UHGV virus genome: UHGV-0470999
Strand: one strand, 5' to 3'
DNA from: a virus
Length of the DNA stretch: 44,302 bases
Every line of letters starts with the position of its first letter. Within the stretch, counting starts at the first letter, position 1. Of this stretch, positions 28,785 through 37,609 are shown piece by piece. The notes below the pieces were generated by a model, which saw only the letters and a list, made by a program, of their open reading frames with translations, had not been told where the DNA came from and made no database searches. The position numbers and the translations under genes are program-made.

Positions 28785-28975
28785 TATTAGCAACAAATTT
28801 CTCTAAAGTGACGTATTTGCGTTATTTTAGGTATGCACTCTGCATTGCAATTATCCCATTTTTTACAATTTATTACAACAAATAAACACAAATACGTTGT
28901 TTTTGTGGTGATATAGGTAAGCGTAAAGCGCTGAAAAAAAATCTATTAGCAACAAATTAGCAACGTATTAGCAAC
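28785..28975. repeat. candidate attP region: direct repeats of TTAGCAAC (28787, 28946, 28957, 28968; last three phased at 11 bp) immediately 3' of the integrase gene
   Basis: Repeats read directly; 15-mer ATTAGCAACAAATT occurs twice; AT-rich ORF-free 270-bp region next to int. Confidence 0.45.
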
Positions 28976-28982
28976 AAGGTAG

Positions 28983-30164
28983 CTAAATACTATAGCCTAT
29001 CTTATTAACTTCTCGCAGTAATTCATCCGGGGTTCGATGGGTATACACGTTTTCTGTCAAGTCCTGTATTGCATGTCCCACTATGAGTTTTAGACAATAT
29101 TCATCCAGTCCAGCTTGCTTGGCACGGGTGACAAATGTATGGCGGGTGTCATGAGGTGTGTGTTTAGTTTTCATATCTGCCATGATGGCCCTAAAACGAT
29201 GGGCATACATGTTATAAGTCACGTCGTCGTCCGCTATCTTAAACAGTTTACCAGTATTAATCCTTTGAGCAATCAAATTATATATTTTGTCATGGATGGG
29301 GATAATTCTATCCCGGCCAGCTTCTGTTTTGCTCCCACCTACCATATAGTGTTCCCCCAGATTTATATTGCCGGACTCCAGAGCGCAGATCTCACCGGGC
29401 CGTAGTCCCGTGTATAATCCCACCAATACCATATCTGCACATTCCATGTCCAGCATTGTCCAGAGTTGTTGCACTTCCGTGTCCGGGAATACGATACGTG
29501 TTATACTGGCATCGGGTCTGGATACTACATCAGTCAGTTCAGCATAGTTCCGTTCGACAATCTCATATTTTAATCCCCACTTAAATAGATTAATTAACAG
29601 GCTTCGGGCATCCCTGCGAACGATGGCAGATTTTGAAGGATCAGAAATTAGTTCGTCAAGGTCAGCAGTTTTAAGGTCCCGGAGCATTTTATTGTGTATA
29701 GGGGCGCAGAATTTATAGGCATCAGCCCATGCTCTTTGCCGGCCTGCGGATAGTTTTTTGTCTTCAAAGTATTTTTTAGACCATTCGTCATATGCTTCGG
29801 ATAACGTGGTGTCATATTTCTTTTCGTGTGGAGTTTTGTTGTAATTTATTAGAGCCTGATATGCCGCAACATATGTTTTGAAACTTGCTACTGGCTCGAT
29901 GGGTTTTTGAATCGGATGTCCTAGAGGGGTACGTCCTACAGTCTTCCGTACATAATAAGGCTTACGCCTGTTTGAACCTTGATACGATATACTTCCAAAT
30001 CCGTTAGGCAGACGCATCTCGGTTGATGGCTTTGGCCGCTTGGTCTTGGTAGATGAAGATTTGTGGGGAACCTGCTGGATTGAGATTGGGAAACCGCAGT
30101 GAGGGCAGGCCTGAGCCCTATCACTTACTTTACCCTCACATTCTGGACATTGTATGAGTGCCAT
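28983..30164 (-). CDS. int: tyrosine-type site-specific integrase with N-terminal Zn-ribbon (start at 30164 preferred; ORF opens at 30221)
   Basis: Catalytic signature GLRPGE ... HDTRHTF ... GH ... VYTHR (R, HxxR, Y); N-terminal CPECEG...CPHCG; AGGAAGGA RBS 8 nt before ATG 30164. Confidence 0.85.
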   Translation of the reverse strand: MALIQCPECEGKVSDRAQACPHCGFPISIQQVPHKSSSTKTKRPKPSTEMRLPNGFGSISYQGSNRRKPYYVRKTVGRTPLGHPIQKPIEPVASFKTYVAAYQALINYNKTPHEKKYDTTLSEAYDEWSKKYFEDKKLSAGRQRAWADAYKFCAPIHNKMLRDLKTADLDELISDPSKSAIVRRDARSLLINLFKWGLKYEIVERNYAELTDVVSRPDASITRIVFPDTEVQQLWTMLDMECADMVLVGLYTGLRPGEICALESGNINLGEHYMVGGSKTEAGRDRIIPIHDKIYNLIAQRINTGKLFKIADDDVTYNMYAHRFRAIMADMKTKHTPHDTRHTFVTRAKQAGLDEYCLKLIVGHAIQDLTENVYTHRTPDELLREVNKIGYSI

Positions 30165-30181
30165 TAATACCATCCTTCCTG

Positions 30182-30195
30182 TTGCGATATCGCAA
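30182..30195. promoter_or_regulatory. perfect 14-bp palindrome TTGCGATATCGCAA in integrase leader (candidate operator)
   Basis: Read directly, immediately upstream of int RBS on minus strand. Confidence 0.4.
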
Positions 30196-30315
30196 CTATT
30201 TTTTGGTACAAAAAAATACACCCATTGACCGGATGTATTTAAGGATGATATAATATGGTTGTTGAGACCGATATTATCATCCGGGACATACCGGGCAATA
30301 GTATCATCAAAAGCT

Positions 30316-30350
30316 CTAGGAGTTCGCAGCTCCTGGGGCTTTTGTTTTTT
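30316..30350. terminator. hairpin CTAGGAG ttcgcag CTCCTGG followed by GGCTTTTGTTTTTT (terminator downstream of ImmA gene / upstream boundary of int)
   Basis: 7-bp stem and T-run read directly. Confidence 0.45.
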
Positions 30351-30813
30351 AAAATTTAAAATACCTTCCTATCCTTAGATAGGGTTCGAACTGTACATAG
30401 TAATCCTCAACAATAGTACCAGTCCCATAAATTTGCCTATATGCTTCTAACGCCTCGGATATAGTATCCTCGGACACATCTAAGTATTCGGAAAGCTCAT
30501 AGATATTTTGGCAATGTGCATTGTAGGCTTTTATAATATCGACAAGAGGAATTTGCATATTATAGGCCTTAATGCGCGCACGGCGTTCCTGCTTTCTTGC
30601 ATCTACAGTATTCTGTTCGATAATCCTGCCTACCGTGGTATAGTAGTGGCCCAATTCTTCTGCAAGGACATCAGCTTTTTTCTTCAAGGTTGGAATGTCC
30701 TGTCTGATAGCAATACGCTTTCCCTTAATACGTCCATCACTCAATGGAAGTGGTTTTTCCTTTACAACCAGTCCGGCTCTTTCAGCCTCTATCAGTAACT
30801 CTTCATATCCCAA
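30349..30813 (-). CDS. immA: ImmA/IrrE-family metallopeptidase (anti-repressor protease)
   Basis: HEXXH as AEELGHYY, size 154 aa, immediately downstream of and co-oriented with the XRE repressor (ImmR/ImmA arrangement). Confidence 0.7.
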   Translation of the reverse strand: MGYEELLIEAERAGLVVKEKPLPLSDGRIKGKRIAIRQDIPTLKKKADVLAEELGHYYTTVGRIIEQNTVDARKQERRARIKAYNMQIPLVDIIKAYNAHCQNIYELSEYLDVSEDTISEALEAYRQIYGTGTIVEDYYVQFEPYLRIGRYFKF

Positions 30814-30829
30814 GCAATCACCTCAACGA

Positions 30830-31438
30830 TTAAAAGTCTGGGTTATCCATGATATCATCTTCTTGTCGGATTAGTTCGTCTGTGCGTTCATCCTCTGAGA
30901 TATCAGTACGGTTATGGGCAGCATCAGGAATTAAGTGAGCATTGTCTGATGTAGCAACAGATTCATGCATGAGGAAAACATTATTTTTGATATTGTCAGA
31001 TGAACCATAAGGGGCCGGTTCATCGGAGGCCGTAGATGGAGGTTGTATAGTTTTCTTTTCGGAATATATCTTTGCAAGATCCTCCAGATTATCGAGAGCC
31101 TTTTTCTGTCCAATTTCATTAAGCATTGAGTAATATTGCATAAGCCTTAGTGCGCGGTCTTTTTTTTGAGGACTCATGTATTCAACAATACAAAGGATTT
31201 TATTATCAGGTGAGACAATGGCTATATCTGACTTTGATTCTTCCCAGCCCATTAGGTCAGCCGGTGTTGTTTCTAACACACTAGCTAAAGGTTCAAGTAC
31301 TGTTATTGGTAAATCTTTAATGTCATCTTTTTCATATCTGTATACAGTAGCTCTGTTTTTCCCTAATTTCTTCGCAACTTCATCAACGGATAGCCCTAAT
31401 TCGTTTCTTCGTTTTTTTATTCTTTGCCCAATCGTCAT
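30830..31438 (-). CDS. immR: phage repressor, XRE-family HTH (ImmR/cI-like)
   Basis: N-terminal IGQRIKKRRNELGLSVDEVAKKLGKNRATVYRYE HTH; AAGGTGGTGA RBS 6 nt before ATG 31438; divergent from cro-like gene. Confidence 0.8.
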   Translation of the reverse strand: MTIGQRIKKRRNELGLSVDEVAKKLGKNRATVYRYEKDDIKDLPITVLEPLASVLETTPADLMGWEESKSDIAIVSPDNKILCIVEYMSPQKKDRALRLMQYYSMLNEIGQKKALDNLEDLAKIYSEKKTIQPPSTASDEPAPYGSSDNIKNNVFLMHESVATSDNAHLIPDAAHNRTDISEDERTDELIRQEDDIMDNPDF

Positions 31439-31460
31439 GTTATTCACCACCTTGTAGGGC

Positions 31461-31600
31461 TATTATATTATAAAAGTCGCAAAAATGCAATAGATAAATA
31501 AAGGAATTAAGATTTAAATTGCATAAAATGCGAAAAAAGTATTGACAGAATAGCACTTGAGATGTATCATGCAATTAGTCGCATAAAATGCGAAAAAGAA
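31461..31600. promoter_or_regulatory. lysis-lysogeny switch: divergent promoters (minus strand -35 TTGCAT / -10 TATAAT at 31489-31461; plus strand -35 TTGACA 31542-47, 17-nt spacer, -10 TATCAT 31565-70) with operators O1 (31520-34) and O2 TCGCATAAAATGCGA (31579-93)
   Basis: Motifs and near-palindromic 15-mers read directly. Confidence 0.6.
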
Positions 31601-31613
31601 AGGAGGGAGAAAA

Positions 31614-31832
31614 TTGGTAAATGTAAATAAGTTGAAGGCGAAAATGGTGGAGCTTGGTATAAATGCAGATGAATTGTCTGATAGAATCAACATTGATAGA
31701 GCCACCTTTTACCGCAGATTGTCTTGCAATGGAGAGACATTTTCCATTAAGGAAGCTGATGCCATAAGTAGAGAACTTAAGCTAACTCGCGATGAAGTTA
31801 ATGCTATTTTTTTTAGTCAGTTTGTCGCATAA
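31614..31832 (+). CDS. Cro-like/XRE HTH early regulator
   Basis: 72 aa, HTH ...DELSDRINIDRATFYRRL; TTG start after AAAGGAGGGAG RBS; divergent from repressor. Confidence 0.6.
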   Translation: MVNVNKLKAKMVELGINADELSDRINIDRATFYRRLSCNGETFSIKEADAISRELKLTRDEVNAIFFSQFVA

Positions 31833-31839
31833 AATGCGA
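31825..31839. promoter_or_regulatory. third copy of operator TCGCATAAAATGCGA (O3) overlapping cro stop codon
   Basis: Identical 15-mer to O2. Confidence 0.5.
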
Positions 31840-31864
31840 ATAATTGAAAGGAAGGTGAAAGGGG

Positions 31865-32062
31865 TTGTTTATATCAAAAGGATGTCTGATTGCGATACTG
31901 GATAACTTGTCCGTGCTAAACAGAGAGGTGGAAGAACTAAAAAAGGCTACTGATTTTGATGCGAAGTTATTGGCTGAAGCTAACGTGGTAAATAATAGGT
32001 GCCCCAATAGAAACAACGAAGCACCTATTGATGAAATTGTTGAAAAATTTATTAAAAGATAA
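31865..32062 (+). CDS. hypothetical protein (65 aa)
   Basis: ORF with RBS GGAAGGTGAAAGGGG. Confidence 0.3.
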   Translation: MFISKGCLIAILDNLSVLNREVEELKKATDFDAKLLAEANVVNNRCPNRNNEAPIDEIVEKFIKR

Positions 32063-32465
32063 AATCGTCTACAATATCATCGATTTCATTTAAAGGTAAG
32101 TCCACAATATTATAGAGGCGTTTTAGAAGTGCAACGAGATTGGCGTCATTACATTTGGACGTGTTTAAATATTCCTTGGCAAACTCAGAAGTATTGCTTT
32201 GGACTCTTAGAGAGAGTCCATTACTTGATAAACCAAATGGTGCCACCAAAAATATCAAGAAAACATATCCTCCATTAATTGATGCAACATAGCTAGATTT
32301 GGGGTCTATTTCTTCTGCATAAGAATGGGTGACAGGTGCAAATTTATCATCAGGTAAAGGCCTCAAATTTATCCCAGATGATGAAAGTTTGTTCCACTCA
32401 ATAGACTTACAGTTTGTAGTGGATATAAGTTTGTCAATGAATACAGAAATTGGAATATCAGCCAT
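32052..32465 (-). CDS. hypothetical protein (137 aa), second gene of antisense AT-rich two-gene moron
   Basis: Overlaps upstream gene by 8 nt (operon); AT-rich; opposite to early-gene direction. Confidence 0.4.
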   Translation of the reverse strand: MADIPISVFIDKLISTTNCKSIEWNKLSSSGINLRPLPDDKFAPVTHSYAEEIDPKSSYVASINGGYVFLIFLVAPFGLSSNGLSLRVQSNTSEFAKEYLNTSKCNDANLVALLKRLYNIVDLPLNEIDDIVDDFIF

Positions 32466-32859
32466 TTGTGTAATCCTCCTTTTTGTTAAATCGTGCTACC
32501 AAAAAATCAATACTTATACATAATTTATGGCGATTAGGTTCGGTTATACGTAATTTGTTTAAAATATGAAGACTTCTAAAAAGATGGAATAGGCATGGGA
32601 TTGATGACAACTCTAAATATTTTTGTCGATACGTAAATAAATCCGTTCTTAACTTACTGCGTATTTCAGTAGTGAGTAGTCCATCGTTCCATATATTCAT
32701 CCTTAAGGCGGCTAATGAAGTCTGGAGTTGGAATCGTTCTTGTTCATATTCAGCTCGTTGCGTCTGGATGTTTTTTAATATGGTTTTAGACATTATAAAA
32801 AGCAAAAAACTCATAACACAGCTGATAATGCCCAATATATCAGCGGCAATACTCAACAA
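32458..32859 (-). CDS. hypothetical membrane protein (133 aa, N-terminal TM helix), first gene of antisense moron
   Basis: N-terminus ILGIISCVMSFLLFIM hydrophobic; AT-rich. Confidence 0.4.
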   Translation of the reverse strand: MLSIAADILGIISCVMSFLLFIMSKTILKNIQTQRAEYEQERFQLQTSLAALRMNIWNDGLLTTEIRSKLRTDLFTYRQKYLELSSIPCLFHLFRSLHILNKLRITEPNRHKLCISIDFLVARFNKKEDYTNG

Positions 32860-32932
32860 ATAATCACCACCTTTCGCTTAAATTTTACCATAAGCGACAA
32901 GATAAAACAACAAAAGAAAGGAGAAACAAAAT

Positions 32933-33247
32933 ATGTCAATAGAAGAACAACAGGAAACTGTTCAGAATTTATTTAATGCTTATCAGATAGCAGAGCATGT
33001 AGCCCGCATCCTCATGTCGGCAATGCAACCATATCCGGAGTTTGGTACCGGTGGTGTGCCAATGGAGGTTGCGGCTAAAGTATACGGCAAGGATGTTACA
33101 TATGTCCGCGAGGGGATTGATGCGGGCTGGTTGCCAATTGGCCGTTGCACTAAACGCAACAAGAATCGAAGTTTTTATGTAAGCCCCAAGAAACTATGGG
33201 AAGATACAGGCTATGTATGGAGGGGAAATAATGACAAAGGTAACTGA
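32933..33247 (+). CDS. hypothetical early protein (104 aa)
   Basis: RBS AAAGGAGA before ATG. Confidence 0.35.
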   Translation: MSIEEQQETVQNLFNAYQIAEHVARILMSAMQPYPEFGTGGVPMEVAAKVYGKDVTYVREGIDAGWLPIGRCTKRNKNRSFYVSPKKLWEDTGYVWRGNNDKGN

Positions 33248-33497
33248 GTTAGCCATCCGCGCCAAGGCGGCCATCCGATACCCTGGCTGGCGCCTGGACA
33301 TCGTAGGCCCCACCACAGCAGTGCTTACCAATGTGATGGGCAGACGGCGGACGGTCACGTTCCGGCGGCGCAGGAAACGTTGTGACAGTCCATGGATGCG
33401 GCTGGCCAAATGGGCGGTACCCATGGTCATCTGGATGACAGGGATGTGGATGGTGTCCATTGTGGTCATGGCACTGGCCATGGAAGTGAGGCTGTGA
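33231..33497 (+). CDS. small basic/hydrophobic protein (88 aa), likely membrane-associated
   Basis: GGAGGGG RBS 7 nt before ATG 33231; C-terminal hydrophobic segment. Confidence 0.35.
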   Translation: MTKVTELAIRAKAAIRYPGWRLDIVGPTTAVLTNVMGRRRTVTFRRRRKRCDSPWMRLAKWAVPMVIWMTGMWMVSIVVMALAMEVRL

Positions 33498-33606
33498 AAG
33501 GAGGTGGGGCCTATGAACGCAGAAATAAAAAGATGCCGCAGGTGTTGGCGCACCGAACGGCATTAAGGAAACGAATAAAATCTAATCACCCTTATTGTAA
33601 GGGAAA

Positions 33607-33966
33607 ATGGAGGAAAAATCAATGGTTAAAGGAACAATCGAGTGCAGTTTCGGAGAAGTTAAGACTAATGCTGAGTTAGACCCATGTAAGCTACTTTTCG
33701 CAATCGGCATCAAGGAAGCGGAAAGTAACATCGGCCAAGTCAGACACCTGTCCCAGTGCGCGATTATAGGTGAGGGGATGAATCCCCCTTATGTAATTGA
33801 GTGCCTTGGGAAGTCAATCATGTCAATGTTGAAGGAATACTGCGAGGGTAATGCAGATGCCACCCTGAAGGCCATGATGACGTTCCAGAAACTGGTCAAA
33901 GAAGAAACGAATGAATACATGATGGACCATGTCAAAGAAATCCTGGCGGAAAAGGAGAAGGTGTGA
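33607..33966 (+). CDS. hypothetical early protein (119 aa)
   Basis: ORF with RBS AATGGAGGAAAAA. Confidence 0.35.
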   Translation: MEEKSMVKGTIECSFGEVKTNAELDPCKLLFAIGIKEAESNIGQVRHLSQCAIIGEGMNPPYVIECLGKSIMSMLKEYCEGNADATLKAMMTFQKLVKEETNEYMMDHVKEILAEKEKV

Positions 33967-34294
33967 TGCCCTGGCCAGAGCGGTACCCAGACAGCCAGGT
34001 AAAGATTACGGCACCATTTTTTATACTTAACTGTAGCTGTGGGTTTCGGACCTGGTCCCTATTGGGGGAGATTACACCATGTCCCAACTGCGGGAGGATT
34101 ATGGCAAGAGAAGGTGATACGGAATGTATTACAGAGGGATAGGACCTGAGGTTGATAAGGTTGTGGAAGAAGGGAAGGCCTATACATATGCGTTGGAAAG
34201 ATGCCTGGAAGGGACCGTAGAGGAGCGGGAGGAATTTAAGCAGATGCTGGTGGAGTGGTATTATTCCGGGAACTGGATTAAGGAGGAATGATTT

Positions 34295-35278
34295 ATGGAA
34301 CAGATTGCAAATATTTTTGAGAACAATGCTGTGGCAGCGCCACGCGGAACAATAACGGAAATGGTAGTAAGTCGTCAGGCCCAGGAAGTACAGGCGGCCA
34401 TGGTGATTGCCAAGAAGTTCCCGCGGAATGAGTTTGAAAGTTTCAACCGCATCATGAAGGCCTGCCAGCGTAAGGGTCTGGCAGAAAAGTCTATGTACGA
34501 ATACCCCCGTGGCGGTGAGCGTGTGACTGGGCCATCCATCCGCCTGGCGGAGGCAATGGCCCAGAACTGGGGGAATATTGATTTTGGGATCATTGAGCTG
34601 GAGCAAAGAAACGGGGAAAGCCAGGTCATGGCCTATGCTTGGGATTTGGAAACAAATACCCGACAGGCAAAGATTTTCTCCGTGCCGCATGTCAGGGAAT
34701 CAAAAAAGAACGGCAATGTCCCCCTTACCGCGCCGCGGGACATTTACGAACAGGTAGCAAATTATGGGGCCCGCAGGCTCAGGGCGTGCATCCTGGGCAT
34801 TATCCCTGGGGATGTGATTGAGGCTGCGGTTGCACAGTGTGGGAAAACGCTGGCGGGTGAGAACGGGGAGCCCCTGGAAGATACAGTCCGCGCGATTGCT
34901 GGCACGTTTGAAAGGGAATACGGCGTGACAGTGGCAATGCTGGAGAAGTTCATGGGATGCAAGATAGAGAGTTTTACCATGCAGAACCTAATCCGCCTGA
35001 AAAAAGTATACATGTCCCTGCGTGATGGTATGGCAGACCGTGAAGATTATTTTGACATAGCGCCGGCTGTAGATGAATCCGAAATCAATAGGAATCCGTT
35101 CGAGGGAAAGGAAGAGGCCGGGAAGGATAAGAAAGGGAAATCCAGGAAGTCAGAATCCCAGCCGGTAGGAACAGGAAGGCCTGCAGGTGACAGTGCCCGG
35201 GAAACAGGGCAGGCCCAGCAGCAGGATCTGGACCCGTCCTTCGTTCCGGATGAAACCCAGGAGCCGAGGTTTAAATAG
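34295..35278 (+). CDS. RecT/Bet-like single-strand annealing protein
   Basis: Sequence flow similar to RecT core; acidic/lysine-rich C-terminal tail; followed by exonuclease gene. Confidence 0.5.
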   Translation: MEQIANIFENNAVAAPRGTITEMVVSRQAQEVQAAMVIAKKFPRNEFESFNRIMKACQRKGLAEKSMYEYPRGGERVTGPSIRLAEAMAQNWGNIDFGIIELEQRNGESQVMAYAWDLETNTRQAKIFSVPHVRESKKNGNVPLTAPRDIYEQVANYGARRLRACILGIIPGDVIEAAVAQCGKTLAGENGEPLEDTVRAIAGTFEREYGVTVAMLEKFMGCKIESFTMQNLIRLKKVYMSLRDGMADREDYFDIAPAVDESEINRNPFEGKEEAGKDKKGKSRKSESQPVGTGRPAGDSARETGQAQQQDLDPSFVPDETQEPRFK

Positions 35279-35288
35279 GGGGGAAGTT

Positions 35289-36029
35289 ATGGAACTGACA
35301 TCCGAGAATTATTACAGCCAGGAAGCCAATGAGCAGTACTTTTCAGTGTCCCAATACAAGGATTTTGCCAAATGTGAGGCAATGGCCCTGGCAAAGATAC
35401 GCGGGGAATACCGGCAGCCCATCACCAGGGCGCTGCTGGTCGGCTCCTTTGTGGATTCCTACTTCGAGGGAACCCTGCAGCAGTTCATGCAGGATAACCC
35501 GGCTCTGTTTACACGGAATAATGAACTGAAAAGTGAGTTCCGCAAGGCCAATGAGATTATTGGCCGGATAAAGTCAGACCCGTTGTTTATGCGGTTTATG
35601 AGCGGGGAAAAGCAGCGGATCATGACCTTTGAGGCATTCCCGGATATCGTCTGGAAGATGAAAATGGACAGCTATTTGGAAGGCATCTGCATCACGGACC
35701 TTAAAGTGGTGGCGAACTTTAAGAGCCTGCCGCTTTGGAGGTATGACCTGCAGGGGGCTGTCTATCAGGCAGGGGTTGAGGTTGTGACCGGGGAGCGCCT
35801 GCCGTTCTATCTGGCGGTAGCGACTAAGGAGCGGGTGACGGACCTGGATATATTCCAAATCCCCCAGTCAACGCTGGATATGGCCCGGACTGAAATCATC
35901 GGAAACATAGAACGCTTCAGTGATGTAAAAAAGGGCCTGGTCCCCCCGATGTATTGCGGCAGGTGTGATTACTGTAAATCCGTGAAAGCGGCATCCATCC
36001 GTAACTATAACGAGCTTTTGGAGCTGTAA
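35289..36029 (+). CDS. PD-(D/E)XK exonuclease, Cas4-like with Fe-S cysteine cluster
   Basis: Motif KMDSYLEGICITDLKV (D...(D/E)xK), C-terminal CGRCDYCKS plus N-terminal Cys (FAKCEAMA). Confidence 0.6.
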   Translation: MELTSENYYSQEANEQYFSVSQYKDFAKCEAMALAKIRGEYRQPITRALLVGSFVDSYFEGTLQQFMQDNPALFTRNNELKSEFRKANEIIGRIKSDPLFMRFMSGEKQRIMTFEAFPDIVWKMKMDSYLEGICITDLKVVANFKSLPLWRYDLQGAVYQAGVEVVTGERLPFYLAVATKERVTDLDIFQIPQSTLDMARTEIIGNIERFSDVKKGLVPPMYCGRCDYCKSVKAASIRNYNELLEL

Positions 36030-36040
36030 GGGAGGAATAT

Positions 36041-37588
36041 ATGAAACTTGTAAAAATATTAAGTGACAGCGTCCAGATAAGGACAAACCTGTCAGAGTTC
36101 CGGGATATCCGCATCAATGACCTTTTATCTGTGTCTGATGGGGAGGTGAGCCTTGTGACCATGGTAACAGGGCTGACCGACACTGATCCGGAGGAACGGA
36201 TTGGGGAGGAGGATTTCCTGGGGGAGATAACCGGGATTAAGAGTATTGACTGTACCATCATCGGCAGCCTTAAGGATGGGCGTTTCTTAAAGGCCATAGA
36301 CGCATACCCAACAACGAATGTCAGTATCTGCCGTATCGGGATTAGGGAGTTTGAGGATATGCTGGGCCGTGGCCGGGGAGGGTTCCGCATTGGCACCTAT
36401 GCTGCCTACCCCTGTGACGCGGTTGTGGACGGCAATAAGTTTTTCCAGCGCCATTCCTGTATTGTAGGGAATACCGGAGCCGGCAAGTCGGAGACAGTGG
36501 CAAAGATACTGGAGGAGACAGCAAAGCTCCCGGGGGCTAACCTGGTTGTGTTTGATATCCACGGGGAATATAGCCAGCTGTCGTATGCCTCCAATATCCG
36601 CATCGGGGAGGACTTCCCATTCCCAATCTGGATGTTTGGGTTTAACGACATCGTGGCTAATATCCTTAAAATCCGCGAGGAGAGCGCCACCACGGTGATG
36701 ACGGCGCTCCGCAAGGCATATTACAGGGTATGCCCGGATGGGAAGGAGAATAAGCCGGTGTATTTCAGCTATCAGGGATTAATTGATGAAATGGAAAGCC
36801 TGGACAACCAGGTATCCATGACAGGGGAGTTTTACAAGACCGGGGATAAGGCCGGGATGGCTAAGACGACCAAAGGTGAGTACAACGGGAAACTTACCAG
36901 TACGGTGAACCTGCTGAAGGACCGGATGATGGACAGCCGATATAGCTTCCTGTTCGTGGAGAAGCTGCAGGGCTACCTCTATGAAGTGATGGAAGCCGTC
37001 CTGGGAACGGATAAACCAGTCAAGAACATTGACCTGTCGGCAGTACCCCATGATGTGTCCCTGCCCATAATAGGGGTCATCTCGCGGCTTATATTTGATA
37101 TCCAGCGTCAGCAGGACATGGACAACATCCGTCCGGTGACCATTGTGTGTGACGAGGCCCATGTCTATATACCGGATAACTTCCAGCTGACAGCCAGCCA
37201 GAGGCGGATGGTGGAAGTGTTTGAGGACATTGCCAAGGAGGGACGTAAGTTCGGAATCACGCTTTTCCCGGCAACACAGAGGCCGTCAGAGCTTAATAAG
37301 ACCATTGTTGCCCAGTGTGCCAACATGATAATCGGTAAACTGAACAACGAGAATGACAAGGCCTTAATCAAGGGGATGCTGCCGGACGGGGATGATAAGA
37401 TAATCGATTCAGTCACAATGTTCAACCCTGGCGAGGTCCTGATTGTGGGGGATGCGGTTCCAATCCCCCTAAAAATCAAGGTTGAGCTGGCAAAGGAACG
37501 GCCAGTGTCAAGGACGGTGGACTTCTGGGATATCTGGAGCCAGGAAAGGTCCTATGATATTGCAGGGCTGGTAGATAGATATCTGTAG
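36041..37588 (+). CDS. HerA-like (DUF87/FtsK-HerA superfamily) ATPase with N-terminal HAS-barrel-like region
   Basis: Walker A VGNTGAGKSE, Walker B TIVCDEAHVYIP, 515 aa. Confidence 0.6.
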   Translation: MKLVKILSDSVQIRTNLSEFRDIRINDLLSVSDGEVSLVTMVTGLTDTDPEERIGEEDFLGEITGIKSIDCTIIGSLKDGRFLKAIDAYPTTNVSICRIGIREFEDMLGRGRGGFRIGTYAAYPCDAVVDGNKFFQRHSCIVGNTGAGKSETVAKILEETAKLPGANLVVFDIHGEYSQLSYASNIRIGEDFPFPIWMFGFNDIVANILKIREESATTVMTALRKAYYRVCPDGKENKPVYFSYQGLIDEMESLDNQVSMTGEFYKTGDKAGMAKTTKGEYNGKLTSTVNLLKDRMMDSRYSFLFVEKLQGYLYEVMEAVLGTDKPVKNIDLSAVPHDVSLPIIGVISRLIFDIQRQQDMDNIRPVTIVCDEAHVYIPDNFQLTASQRRMVEVFEDIAKEGRKFGITLFPATQRPSELNKTIVAQCANMIIGKLNNENDKALIKGMLPDGDDKIIDSVTMFNPGEVLIVGDAVPIPLKIKVELAKERPVSRTVDFWDIWSQERSYDIAGLVDRYL

Positions 37589-37609
37589 GAGGAAGGAGGT
37601 GAGTAGCAA

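Noticed and set aside
31865-32062. Convergent overlap of the 31865-32062 ORF with the antisense moron gene (11-nt overlap) as an antisense-RNA toxin-antitoxin arrangement
   Set aside because: An overlap this short is common at convergent gene ends. There is no further evidence of a regulatory RNA.
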